DNA from: Octopus sinensis | Lineage: Eukaryota | Direction: 5' to 3' | NCBI RefSeq assembly: GCF_006345805.1 | Contig: NW_021836948.1 | Span: 1 to 22,310 of the forward strand | Length of the DNA stretch: 22,310 bases | In this document: positions 1 through 10,056 of the stretch, piece by piece | Position numbering within the stretch: position 1 is the stretch's first letter | Layout: every line of letters starts with the position of its first letter | The notes under the pieces: generated by a model | Database searches by the model: none | What the model saw: the letters and a program-made list of their open reading frames with translations, nothing else | What the model was told of the DNA's origin: nothing | Program-made: the position numbers and the translations under genes

Positions 1-510
1 AACGGAAAGAGAGAAAGCTGAGCTGTAAAATAGAGAGAGAGAGAGAAAGAGAGAAGTAGAAGAGAGAAAGAGAAAGAAAGAAAGAATGAAAGAGAGGAAA
101 AACAACACCAACACCACAATCATCAAGGAGGAGGAGGGTGGAGCAGGAAGAGAAGGAGAAGGAACGGGGAAGAAAAAGAAAGATGAGAAGAAACAGAAGA
201 ATAAGACAGGAAACGAAGAAGAAAAGGAAAGAAGAAGAAGAAGAAGAAGAAGAAGAAGAAGAAGAAGAAGAAGAAAAAGAAGAAGAAGAAGAAGACGAAG
301 AAGAAGAAAAAGAAGAAGAAGACAATGATGATGGTGCTGATGATATTGGTGGTGGTGGTGGTGGTGGTGGTGGTGGTGGTGGTGGTGCTGCTGCTGCTGC
401 TGCTACTGCTTCTGTGGCTGCTGCTGATGTTGCTGCGGATGATGAAGAGGAGGAAGAGGAAGTGGAAGAGGAGGGGAGCGATTTGAACCGCAGCGTTGTT
501 GGATGACAAA
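1..510. repeat. Purine-rich low-complexity block: (GA)n, (GAA)n ~230-322, (GGT)n ~348-386, (GCT)n, (GAG)n
   Basis: Repeats read directly; the overlapping ORFs are homopolymeric translations of them. Confidence 0.95.
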
Positions 511-804
511 AGGGAGGCAATAGGTGTTGGCGTGGATGGGGGCATGAAACAGAGGGCAAATTGTGGGTAACGTTAAGCTAGAAATCAAGGGAAAAGGGAT
601 AGCTAAGGAAATGGAGTGTAGAAAGGGGGGGGTGGGAATGGAGAAGATGGAGAGGATGAAGAGGAGGGAGAGGAAGGAGAGATAGAGAGAGATGGTGTTT
701 CAAGTTGAGTAGAATAGGGAGATGCATGGAGACAGCTGGCAAAATAGGTGGGAGGAGTTGGAGGAAACAACTGAAGTTGTAGATTGTGGGGTCGAGATTG
801 AAAA

Positions 805-853
805 CACAAACACATATACACACATATAAACACACATAAACACACATACTATG

Positions 854-896
<43 letters not shown>

Positions 897-1214
897 ATAC
901 ATGCATCCACATGTACACATATATTGTTATTATTATCATTATTATCATTATTATTATTATTATTATTATTAAGATTATTATCATTAAGATTATTATCATT
1001 AGTATTATAATTATTACTATTATCATTATTATTATTATGATCATAGTTATTATCATTACTATTGTTGTTGTTATTGATGGTGATGTTCTTGTTGTTATTA
1101 TGTGTATATATATATATTGTGAATACATATAAAAGCATATGTATATCCATACATATATATACATACATACATATATATATATATACACATTCAGATGTAT
1201 ATATATACATGCAT

Positions 1215-1248
<34 letters not shown>

Positions 1249-1336
1249 GTGTGTGTACATATATATATATATAGAGAGAGAGAGAGAAAGAGACTGGAGA
1301 GACAAGGTGATACATGAGTAGATAAATAATAAATAA

Positions 1337-1406
<70 letters not shown>

Positions 1407-1425
1407 GGAGAGATAGATAGATAGT
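805..1425. repeat. Compound microsatellite block: (TA)n, (CA)n, (ATT/ATC)n ~921-1075, (GA)n, (GATA)n ~1338-1405
   Basis: Direct reading. Confidence 0.97.
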
Positions 1426-1837
1426 GAGAGAGGGTGAGACAGAACGAGAGAAGGAGACAGAGGTCCAATACACGTGTACCCTTTATGATGTGGAGACAGA
1501 TGTATGTAAGCTTGCACTAAATGCTCTCAGGCAAAAGAGTAAATTTCACGTGTGCGCGCGCACACATCCCCCTGCATATATGCACACATCCCCCTCCACA
1601 CACACATACAAATCCCGGTACACACACACACACACGCACAGCTACACCCGCACTCTGACATATATTCATATAAAAGCAGACATTATGAGAAGTTAAAGTT
1701 TCTTGAAACGTATCTCTTAGTTTCACGTTGCCGAAAGTTCAAACAACTGAATTAGGCACACAGCGTGATAATATATAAGGAAAACTATCAGCATGCTCAC
1801 TGAATCATGACCATAAAATAAAAATTTGATTTGGTTA

Positions 1838-1892
<55 letters not shown>
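1838..1892. repeat. (TA)n microsatellite
   Basis: Direct reading. Confidence 0.97.
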
Positions 1893-1896
<4 letters not shown>

Positions 1897-1899
1897 TGT

Positions 1900-2180
1900 A
1901 ACACTGTATCGAGCAAACTATCGGATGTCGTTATACACCACTGGTCACAATGCTCTTCCACGGATTGTCCTCCTTTTCTCTAAGTGGGAGGACCAGCATT
2001 CACACTGACCGGAATGCCAGTCTGTCACATGATTAGCTGTTTACAGTTGAGAGGAGTGGAGCAACGTGAAATGAAGAAGTGTTGTGCTCGAAAACCCAAC
2101 AAACTGCTGGTCTGGAAAGCGAAACCATAAATCTTGCAATGGCAGTGTAAAGCCCTATCCATTAGGCCACGCACGTTCAC
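1900..2180 (-). mobile_element. Degenerate tRNA-derived SINE (family B)
   Basis: Minus strand starts GCGTGGCCTAATGGATAGGG (A-box-like) and contains CATTTCACGTTGCTCC, shared with the copies at ~9620 and ~9815. Confidence 0.65.
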
Positions 2181-2194
2181 ACACGTGCCCGCGC

Positions 2195-2239
2195 ATAGAT
2201 ACACACTCAAATACACACACATATATGTATGTATATATG

Positions 2240-2315
<76 letters not shown>

Positions 2316-2488
2316 TAATATACACTACCTTGGATATCCTTGTTGCTTATTTTGATTATATATACATAAATGTATTATATATATGTATATGTATGTGTGT
2401 GTGTGTGTATGTATATATATATATATATATATATACGTATACATATATATATTATATAAATGTATATGTATATATGTGTATATATATA

Positions 2489-2530
<42 letters not shown>
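2195..2530. repeat. (TA)n/(CA)n/(TG)n compound microsatellite
   Basis: Direct reading. Confidence 0.95.
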
Positions 2531-2535
<5 letters not shown>

Positions 2536-3632
2536 CTTGTTTATAACGTCTACCAAATTCTAAATACCATACTAAATTAGTACCATTTTACCTACTAATT
2601 GACGATGGAGACGATATAGGTTCTTAAAGATTTCATCTTAAGCATTGATCTGTATTGGTGCGTGCTATGTATAAAGGTACAGTTCTTAAATTGTGAAAGA
2701 AGAAAAACACGTCATTCTCACGTTTACTATACACTACACAACAATAGAATTTGCTGAGGTATTCCTTGCCTTATATTGGAACGTTTTTTGCTTTGTTCTC
2801 GATTCGTCTGCTAGTCACGCAACATCAAACATGGCGCCATAACATTGTGTTTTGTTAGTGTATTTTCCCGTGTATTCGCTACATTTTCTTCATCCACAGT
2901 TTAGTTACATCCTTATATTTTCTCATTGTTTCTCATATAGGTAAATGGCACCTTTGTATGTATCTATATGTATATAAAGTGTGCTACAATTACATACCTT
3001 TCAATGGAGACAAATGGCGTATGCCTGTATATGTGTATGTGAATGCGCATGCAGAAATGAGAAGAAAAAAAAAGAGATGTGGGGAGTATGTTTGTGTTCG
3101 GATGTAAAGATACAAGTGAATGTGAAGAGAAATAGGGATGAAAATAAAAAAAGAGAGAAGCTTATTCATTCAATGTATACATTTCGTTATATCTGAATAT
3201 ATTCACTTGTTAAGACTCTTCTTAAAATTCTATGTGCACCTTAAATATATTGTTTGGCGTTCCTCGGTTGTTAGAGTATCACAACACGAATATGGAGTTT
3301 CGGTATTGGTAAGCTTGATAAAGAGTCAATGTTCGAAATTTAATATAAACCTGAACCGCAGCCCAGGTCTTAGCAGATAATGGCGGTGGACTCTCCTGTT
3401 ATAAAAGTCAGATAAGGGTTCCTCAGCATCTACCTGAACAACCTGTTGCAAATGTTATTTACATTGTTTACATTCGACGGATATTTGTCCTCATCTTGTT
3501 TGTTGTTAACTTAACGTTTCGGCTGATATACTCTCCAGCTTTTTCAGGTGCCTTGGGGAAATTTCGAACCTGGCTTCTCATTCCTAAGGTATTTTTCGAT
3601 GTTATTATCATTATTGTTGTTGTTGTTGTTGT

Positions 3633-3711
3633 TCGGGTTACTGCTTCGAATCGAACTCGGAATTTTGGGGTTAGTAGCCCGCGCTCTTAACCACCACGCC
3701 ATATGTCCGTG
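3633..3711 (-). promoter_or_regulatory. tRNA-derived head / internal Pol III promoter (A and B boxes)
   Basis: Minus strand: A-box TGGCGTGGTGG (3701-3691), anticodon-like arm GGG-CT-ACT-AA-CCC, B-box GAGTTCGATTC (3658-3648). No proper acceptor stem, so it is a SINE head rather than a tRNA gene. Confidence 0.8.
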
Positions 3712-3717
3712 GTATAT

Positions 3718-3730
3718 AATAATAATAATG

Positions 3731-3802
<72 letters not shown>

Positions 3803-3843
3803 TAATAATGATAATAATAATAATAATGATAATAATAATAATA
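3718..3843. repeat. (AAT)n microsatellite inside the foldback element
   Basis: Direct reading. Confidence 0.97.
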
Positions 3844-3893
3844 ACATCGAAAAATACCTTAGGAATGAGAACCCAGGTTCGAAATTTCCCCAA

Positions 3894-3939
3894 GACACCT
3901 GATGAAGGCTGGAGAGTATATCAGCCGAAACGTTGTGTT
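3894..3939 (+). ncRNA. Minimal type I hammerhead ribozyme (Penelope-type)
   Basis: Stem I GACAC(3894-98)/GUGUU(3935-39); core CUGAUGA(3899-3905) plus an extra A; stem II GGCUG(3907-11)/CAGCC(3922-26); GAAA(3927-30); palindromic ACGU stem III; NUH triplet GUU with predicted cleavage after 3934. Confidence 0.85.
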
Positions 3940-4099
3940 AACAACATACAAGATGAGGACAAATATCCGTCGAATGTAAATAACGTAAATATTGTACATA
4001 ATTCCTCATCTCTTAAACATAGAACTCTGTTGCAAATGGTTTGTTTGTGGTGATCAAATGTTTGTACTATACATTAGTTCGCTCCCACCGTCAAATTGA

Positions 4100-4272
4100 C
4101 ATTGTTTGTACAGATGCAGTGTGTCAAATGTCGAAGTGATAGCAGAGCAACTTGAAATGAAGAGCTTTGCTCAAGAATACAATGTACCCCACCACCCAGT
4201 GTGGGAGTCGATATTGATTATTTTGATCGTGATTGAGGGCCCCCTAACCACCAGGCATACGTCTTCCCTCCA
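4100..4272 (-). mobile_element. Degenerate family B SINE (head and core); it may extend leftwards as the host of the 3455-4026 insertion
   Basis: GAGCAACTTGAAATGAAGAGCTTTGCTCAAGAATACAA matches the family B core; CCCTAACCACCAGGC is an antisense A-box. Confidence 0.55.
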
Positions 4273-4425
4273 CGGCAGATTTAAGCTCCAGTAAACAGCT
4301 CGCTTCATTTCGACGTGGAGAAGTTTACTCTTCTTGCATTAATTATCATTCCATTCACAATGGCTGTATTTCCTCTGGACATGAGTGTGAGGAGTACCTT
4401 AGCTATCACCATCAAACAATCTTAC

Positions 4426-4532
4426 CTTTATTTGCTTTGAGATGTGAGTGTGAGTCTAATTTACCTAAAACCTGCTTTGAATATTCTTGTTTGTCGAGAC
4501 CCGACCTTACTTAAAGATCTTGGTATATCTGC
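4426..4532 (-). other. Candidate non-coding exon
   Basis: Strong acceptor cttaccattttccctttcag|G (AG at 4534-4533). Donors AAG|gtaaga (4425) or TAG|gtaaat (4464). No ATG inside. Confidence 0.35.
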
Positions 4533-4617
4533 CTGAAAGGGAAAATGGTAAGCATGCAATCTTCCTTCTCTGAATAAACACGACAACGAAGATACATACA
4601 CGCGCATCCACATGAAT

Positions 4618-4680
4618 GCACACACACACACACGCACACACACACACACGCACACACAAACACACACACACACGCACACA
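4618..4680. repeat. (CA)n microsatellite
   Basis: Direct reading. Confidence 0.95.
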
Positions 4681-4801
4681 ACTAATTTAATCCCTAACCG
4701 CGTCCAGGTCAACAAACTGCGTTTTGGCGTGTCAGCAAACACTATAATTAGAGTAATATATATTTTTTTCTTCCTTCTAAACTCTTTGTTGTATAAATTA
4801 C

Positions 4802-5030
4802 CTCGTCTCCTACTGTTGCTGTTGCCGCAAACTGCAGTCGTTTCTAGAATTATCGCTTTGTAATCCGGTCGCTAATGCAGGAGCTGTTAATACTTCTATC
4901 AATACAGCATATGGTCTGTATATCGCTGGTGACCAAGTACTGCGTTTCTCCAACCTCTTTCTCTTTGTAATTCACTACGTGGGCGTGGGAGTCTACCCTG
5001 TATTTATAACGCCGCCTAGTCTTAACCAAT
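4802..5030 (-). promoter_or_regulatory. Candidate Pol II core promoter and first exon
   Basis: CCAAT 5026-5030, TATAAATA on the minus strand 5008-5001, GGGCGTGG Sp/KLF box 4981-4988, Inr-like TAGT about 32 nt downstream of TATA (~4976), donor GAG|gtaatt at 4801. Confidence 0.35.
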
Positions 5031-6075
5031 TATTTGGAAGGTAGAGGCTTCTGCTTTTTCCCTATTTTTTTTTTGTTCTTCGTTTATTTTTATGCTATTC
5101 CTCAGGTTCACTGAACTCAAGATGAAGGGACCACAATAACCTCACTTTAATTCTTAGTTGTTACCGAACACCGAATCATTACATTGTTTACGATGATTCT
5201 GATAGATTTACTGGCCTTAAAGGTAACGGATGTCATTTTATTTCATTTTGTACTTCAATAGTGAATGAACTTAGCATTTCTGGATATCAAGCATGCAGTA
5301 ATAATATATTATAATATTATTATTATTGCCTTACTAGTTTGGGCCACCAAAATGAGGATGTCAAACCCACCTCCAACTACTTCATCGTTTACTTACTTTA
5401 TCGATCTATACCAATGGAATGAATGAGATGAATTTGTGTCACGAACCATTTTAAGAAGTAAATACAAGGAATTTACACTGATTTTCAACGGCTTAAGCAG
5501 ATACAAAAATCTACACTTATTGGCACAGATTAAAAATTTTTATACACTTATATATTATATGTGGATATATGCTCATATGTATATTTGTTTATGCATGGTG
5601 TGTGTGTGTGTGTACTATTAATGAAGAAATAATTTCAGAGAATTGAACAAAACTCAGATTAAGCACTTCCGCAAAGAATCTGCTATCAGTTCACATACTA
5701 ATTAAATCATGATGTAATTTAACTTATCCGTGTAACCGAAAACCTGGATAAACAAACGACAAATATTTCCACAAGGTGTAAATAATAATCATTGTGTGTA
5801 TGCGTCTGTGTGTATGATTGTGAGTGTGTATGTTTGTTTGTGTGTGTGTGTGGCATACATATACATACATATATTTTCAAACTTGCAGACATCTATAGAC
5901 ATACATTCACCATACAAACATACATCATTCCCCATTATGATTATGCCTGCTTCAAGACACAGATACACTGTGGTACATGCATTTACATGGCCTCCTCTTC
6001 CTTCATCCTTAATTCTCTCAGCCCCAACCCATAAAACAGCATTCAACTGGAAAATCGTTGTAAAATCCATGCCAT

Positions 6076-6295
6076 ATTTTTTTTTTTTTTTTTTGTACTT
6101 GTTTCAGTCATTTGACTGCGGCCATGCTGGAGCACCGCCTTTAGAGTGGTGAAAGAGTACAGCAGGGATCACCACCATCCCCTGCCGGAGCCTCGTGGAG
6201 CTTTTAGGTGTTTTCGCTCAATAAACACACACAACGCCCGGTCTGGGAATCGAAACCGCGATCCTCCGACCGCAAGTCCGCTGCCCTAACCACTG
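6076..6295 (-). mobile_element. tRNA-derived SINE (family C head) with family A 3' tail and poly(A)
   Basis: Minus: CAGTGGTTAGGGCAGCGG...GGTTTCGATTCCC (A/B boxes), ending GGCGGTGCTCCAGCATGGCCGCAGTCAAATGACTGAAACAAGTAC-A(n). Confidence 0.8.
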
Positions 6296-6875
6296 TTCAT
6301 AGATTTAAAAAATGCAAGTTATGCGTAACTGAAAAATCGCATATCCCTTTTAGATCTAAGAACTCCACTGCACTGTTAGATTTAAGATCAGAAATTTTCA
6401 GCAATTGTAAATATATGGATAAGTTTCTTTTGGCGAATTGGCGAACACCACTCTCTCCGAACTGAGCAGCTGTATCGCAGATTTGATACCCTTTCCATTG
6501 ATTCTGTACCATCTTGCCTTACGACTATACTATCGTACTCTCAAAGGGAACATAACTCTAATTCTTTTCTCTTTTCTTTTTCCGTTTTTTTTTACCATTC
6601 CACTTTTTGAACCCACCATCATCTCGTTTTTTTTTTTTTTTTAATTTTCGTAATCTCTCTTTCTATTCTCCTCATTTGTAACTTGTATAGGCCATTTGCC
6701 CAAAGCTCGAAGAGTACTTGGAGATTCTAGGCGTGTTTTTAAAACCTATCAAGATGATATCTTCAAATTATGAAACTGTTGGTAGCTCATAACTATATAC
6801 TCTGTTCATTAAACAATGTCTACTTTTCACTAAATGGCGTACCTTTTTAGTTGATCTAACCTTAACGGAAATGTA
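6296..6875 (+). mobile_element. Penelope-like element 3' fragment (C-terminus of GIY-YIG endonuclease region plus 3' UTR/pLTR)
   Basis: KKCKLCVTEKSHIPFRSKNSTALLDLRSEIFSNCKYMDKFLL (stop at 6465) fits the C-x-LC-x-x-EK...LLN-x-RSE...C-R/K-H pattern that ends many PLE ORFs. Right boundary is approximate. Confidence 0.7.
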
Positions 6876-6879
6876 ATTC

Positions 6880-7279
6880 GTTTCAGTCATTTGACTGCGG
6901 CTATGCTGGAGCACTGCCTTTAGTCGAACAAATCGACCTCAGGATTTATTCTTTGTAAGCCTAGTACTTATCCTATCGGTCTCTTTTGCCGAACCACTAA
7001 GTTACGGGGATGTAAACACACCAACATCGGTCATCAAGCGATGTTGGGGGAACAAACACAGACACATAAACATATACAGGCACACAAATACACACATATG
7101 TATACACACACACACATATATATACATACATACACACACATATATATATCCAACGGGCTTCATTCAGTTTCCGTCAATCAAATCCACTCCCAAGGTTTTG
7201 GTCAGCCCGAGGCTATAGTAAAAGACACTCAAGGTGCCACGAGTGGGACTGAACGATGTGGTTAGTAAGCAATCTACTT
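6880..7279 (-). mobile_element. Dominant tRNA-derived SINE (family A); head interrupted at 7279
   Basis: Colinear with the copies at 15591-15995 and 15996-16406, including the internal (CA/TA)n tract. Confidence 0.92.
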
Positions 7280-8358
7280 TATTTAATAAAATTTGTCATA
7301 TAGACAGTACAAAGATTGTGTAGCTTTGCGGGATGGATAAACACATTAATGAATGAAAATGAAATAAAATGAATAAATGAGAGACGAAACCCAACACCCG
7401 CCGATTGGATTTTTCTCGAAAGCATATTTTCTTTTTTTTAAAATCAATATGATGTTTCAAACCTCTTACAAGAAGGAGGCACTAAAACGTCTTACTTAAC
7501 ATTGTTTTAAACAGACAATTGAGGTTATAAACCACTACAAGTAATACAATGAGATGAGGTTTCACACCCTCTAACGAGGCTTTTTCACCTCCTACTCATC
7601 GATATATCCATCATTATCTTCAATGCCGCTTGAGTTCCTGTATCCCGCCTTTTCCCATGTCTCACTCATGTAGGACATGTAAGTCGTGTAAGGGCCACCC
7701 GGCCATAAGCGACACACCTCCCCAAATCCTTTAAGCCTTTCCCACAAGGGAAACCTTATGACCTCCACAGCTATCTGCGGAGACCATTCGGGATCCCGTG
7801 TGAAGGGCATATCTACTGTCTCTTTATGTTCTTCTACTATTTTTCCACTTCCCCGCCCTTGTAGAAAAAGATAATTAATTGATCATCTTTAAGGGTGGGG
7901 TCATTTCTTCCACCGTGGGTGGTACAACTTCGGGACATGCAGACGGCAGATCATCTCCCTACTGCAATGACCCGTTCTTCTTTCTTTTTTTCTTTTCTTC
8001 CTGACTTCGGGAGAGTGGAGCTCTTCTGATTTGTCCGGAGTTTCTCCCCATCTCTCGAAGCCTTAGGGTCCTTCGGCAGGCAACTATTGTTGCCCGCCTT
8101 CTTCCTTTTTAATCCTTTTTGGGTTGAGGAGGCTTCAGCTTCCTCAACCACATCCACCTCTCCCCTTCACCGGGTAGGGGAGGTGGCATCCAGTGACTGT
8201 TCCAGGACCTTACCATGCATGGTCCTGGGGGCAGTTCTTTTTAATGTGGCCTGGCTGCAGGCACGAGTGACATTTCGGGGGACGTCCCTCAAGTATCACC
8301 GGATACCTGCAGCCAGCCATTTTCAAAAAATCTGGAAAAGCCAGATCTGTTGCGGCCG
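7280..8358 (-). mobile_element. ORF1-only L1/Tx1-like (HAL1-type) retroelement, copy 1, 5'-truncated and frameshifted
   Basis: FPDFLKMAGCRYPVILEGRPPK-CHSCLQPGHIKKNC (CX2CX4HX4C at 8272-8231), a basic linker, a C-terminal domain ending at 7592, and a ~310-nt 3' UTR ending in AATAAA (7283-7278). No EN/RT sequence. Confidence 0.8.
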
Positions 8359-8465
8359 ATGGGCAACCGCTGGTCTTCCATAAACAACTTTACCCAGACT
8401 TGTGCCTCGCAGCGTAACTTTCCAAGTGCAATCCCATGATCATTCATGACCGAAGGAGGTCTTTT
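8359..8465 (+). mobile_element. 3' fragment of family B SINE
   Basis: Matches 9940-10050 (CTTCCAYAAACAACTTTAC...GTGCAATCCCATG...CCGAAGG...TCTTT). Confidence 0.8.
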
Positions 8466-8849
8466 CCCTCAGGCAGAGTCACTGGTTTCAAGATGATTTT
8501 CTCTTTTCCTCTCACAAGTCTCAGAGACCATATACAGCGTCATGGATACTGAACAACCTCCCTGTGCAATACAGAACGAAAAGTTTACCAGCGTGTGAAA
8601 CCGACCACCCCAATATAAAAAAAAAGACACAGGCGATACAGAAACATGCAGTCGAGTAGAGGTATCAACACTAACACTATGTCAATTAAAATGTTGCTAA
8701 CCTAAGTGCCAGCTCTGTGCCTATGTACCAGCTATGTACCTATGTACCTCTGTGTCAGCTAAAATGTTGCTAACCAGTATCGTATGCTATTTCCCTTTCA
8801 AAACACCGAATCCTTGTTGGATAAATATTATTGCGTGACTAAAACTATT

Positions 8850-9450
8850 TCATTAATGTTCAAATCATATCCTCCATCTTGAACTTCTGGTCCAAGGAAA
8901 CATCTGATCGAATCGGAGCGTGTACTGGCGCTCAATTCAGGGATTCTTAGGATGTCGCAACTGATGATGCTCAGTCAAACAGAGGTTGACACATTTGCAG
9001 AGAATCCGGGATGATAACGATGATGAAGAAGTGTAGTTGCTATTCTTCGGACACGCTTTTCCCTATCTCATCTCTTGAACTGAACAGCAGTCTTGGATCA
9101 AGTGTAGACAGATGGTGGCTGGTAATCATCTTAAATGTTTCCAGACGTTCACTGCACTGCTCCTACTAGATAATGCGGTTGGTGGAAAATCAGCCCTTAT
9201 ATTCTATAAAGGGTTAGTAGAAGATATGGTCAACATTGCCTATGAGAGATTCAGGACTTCTAGGTTGGCAATCTGAGTAACCTCTTCTGAAGGACTTTCA
9301 GGTCAGAGATTAGGGACAGTTGCCAAGGGCACATGGCCTGTTAACGAAACCGTTCGACGATTACATGTTCAAAATTGCTGCGAGTTGATTTGTGAGTCTT
9401 GATAACATTTATCACGTGGGAGATGGAGCCGCATATCAGCTGAATACTTC
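8850..9450 (-). mobile_element. Highly degenerate CR1/L2-like LINE ORF2 3' relic
   Basis: Minus-strand fragments KYSADMRL (YADD-like remnant) and RLETFKMI (cf. CR1 'DLIETFKII'); many stops and deletions. Confidence 0.4.
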
Positions 9451-9840
9451 ATGAACATCAACCAATCACCATTTATTGATAAGAGCGAGTAGCTTTCTTC
9501 AGTCTGGTGGCTATAGGGTAAACAGTTGGTTCAGTGGTTAGAGCCTCGGGCTCACAATCATGTGGTAGTGAGTTCCATTCTTGGAGCGGGCTGTGTGTTG
9601 TGTTCTTGAGCAACGCACTTTATTTCACGTTGCTTCTGTTCTCTCCATGAACATCAACCAATCACTATTTATTGATAAGGGCAAGCAGCCTTCTTCATTT
9701 TGGTGGCTATGGGGTAAACAGTTGGTTCATTGGCTAGAGCATCGGCTCACAATCATGAGATAGTAAGTTCGATTCTTGGAGCGAGCTGTGTGTTGTGTTC
9801 TGGCGCAAGACACTTTATTTCACGTTGCTCCTGTTCACTC
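9450..9840 (+). repeat. Tandem duplication of a ~196-bp unit (flank plus SINE head)
   Basis: Both units start CATGAACATCAACCAATCAC (9450 and 9646) and end TTTCACGTTGCTYCTGTTCWCTC. Confidence 0.92.
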
Positions 9841-10056
9841 AGCTGTAGAAATGAATTGTGACGTCACTGGTGCCAAACTGTACCAGCTTTTGCCTTTCTC
9901 TTGGATAACATCGGTGGCGTGGAGCGGGGCGGCTGGTATGCATGAGCGACTGGTGGCCTTCCACAAACAACTTTACTGGGACTTGTGTCTCGGAGGGAAA
10001 CTTTCCAGGTGCAATCCCATGGTCAGTCATGGCCGAAGGGAGTCTTTACTCTTTAC
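9715..10056 (+). mobile_element. Near full-length family B tRNA-derived SINE
   Basis: A-box-like TGGTTCATTGG, B-box AGTTCGATTC, CORE-like TGTTGTGTTCT..GCAAGACACTTTATTTCAC, tail CTTTACTCTTTAC. Confidence 0.8.

Larger units (their letters stand above)
3455..4026. mobile_element. Non-autonomous foldback retroelement: tRNA-like head plus hammerhead-bearing Penelope pLTR-like arms in inverted orientation, with an (AAT)n spacer
   Basis: Perfect 12-bp direct repeat CTGTTGCAAATG at 3443-3454 and 4027-4038 (TSD). Inverted arms of ~150 bp at ~3455-3605 and ~3841-3991, with about 11 differences by eye. The right arm carries an extra ~35-nt tail (3992-4026). Confidence 0.9.

Noticed and set aside
86-2580. 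Long ORFs such as 578-1468 (296 aa) and 700-1473 (257 aa)
   Set aside because: Translations of (GATA)n, (TA)n, (ATT)n and (CA)n microsatellites; no domain content.
3633-3711. tRNA-Ser(ACT)-like gene
   Set aside because: No acceptor stem or long variable arm; fused to a repeat body, so treated as a SINE head.
6745-6790. CAAGATGA...GAAACTGTTGGTA as a hammerhead in the PLE 3' region
   Set aside because: Position is plausible, but the core is mutated and stems I and II cannot be paired convincingly.
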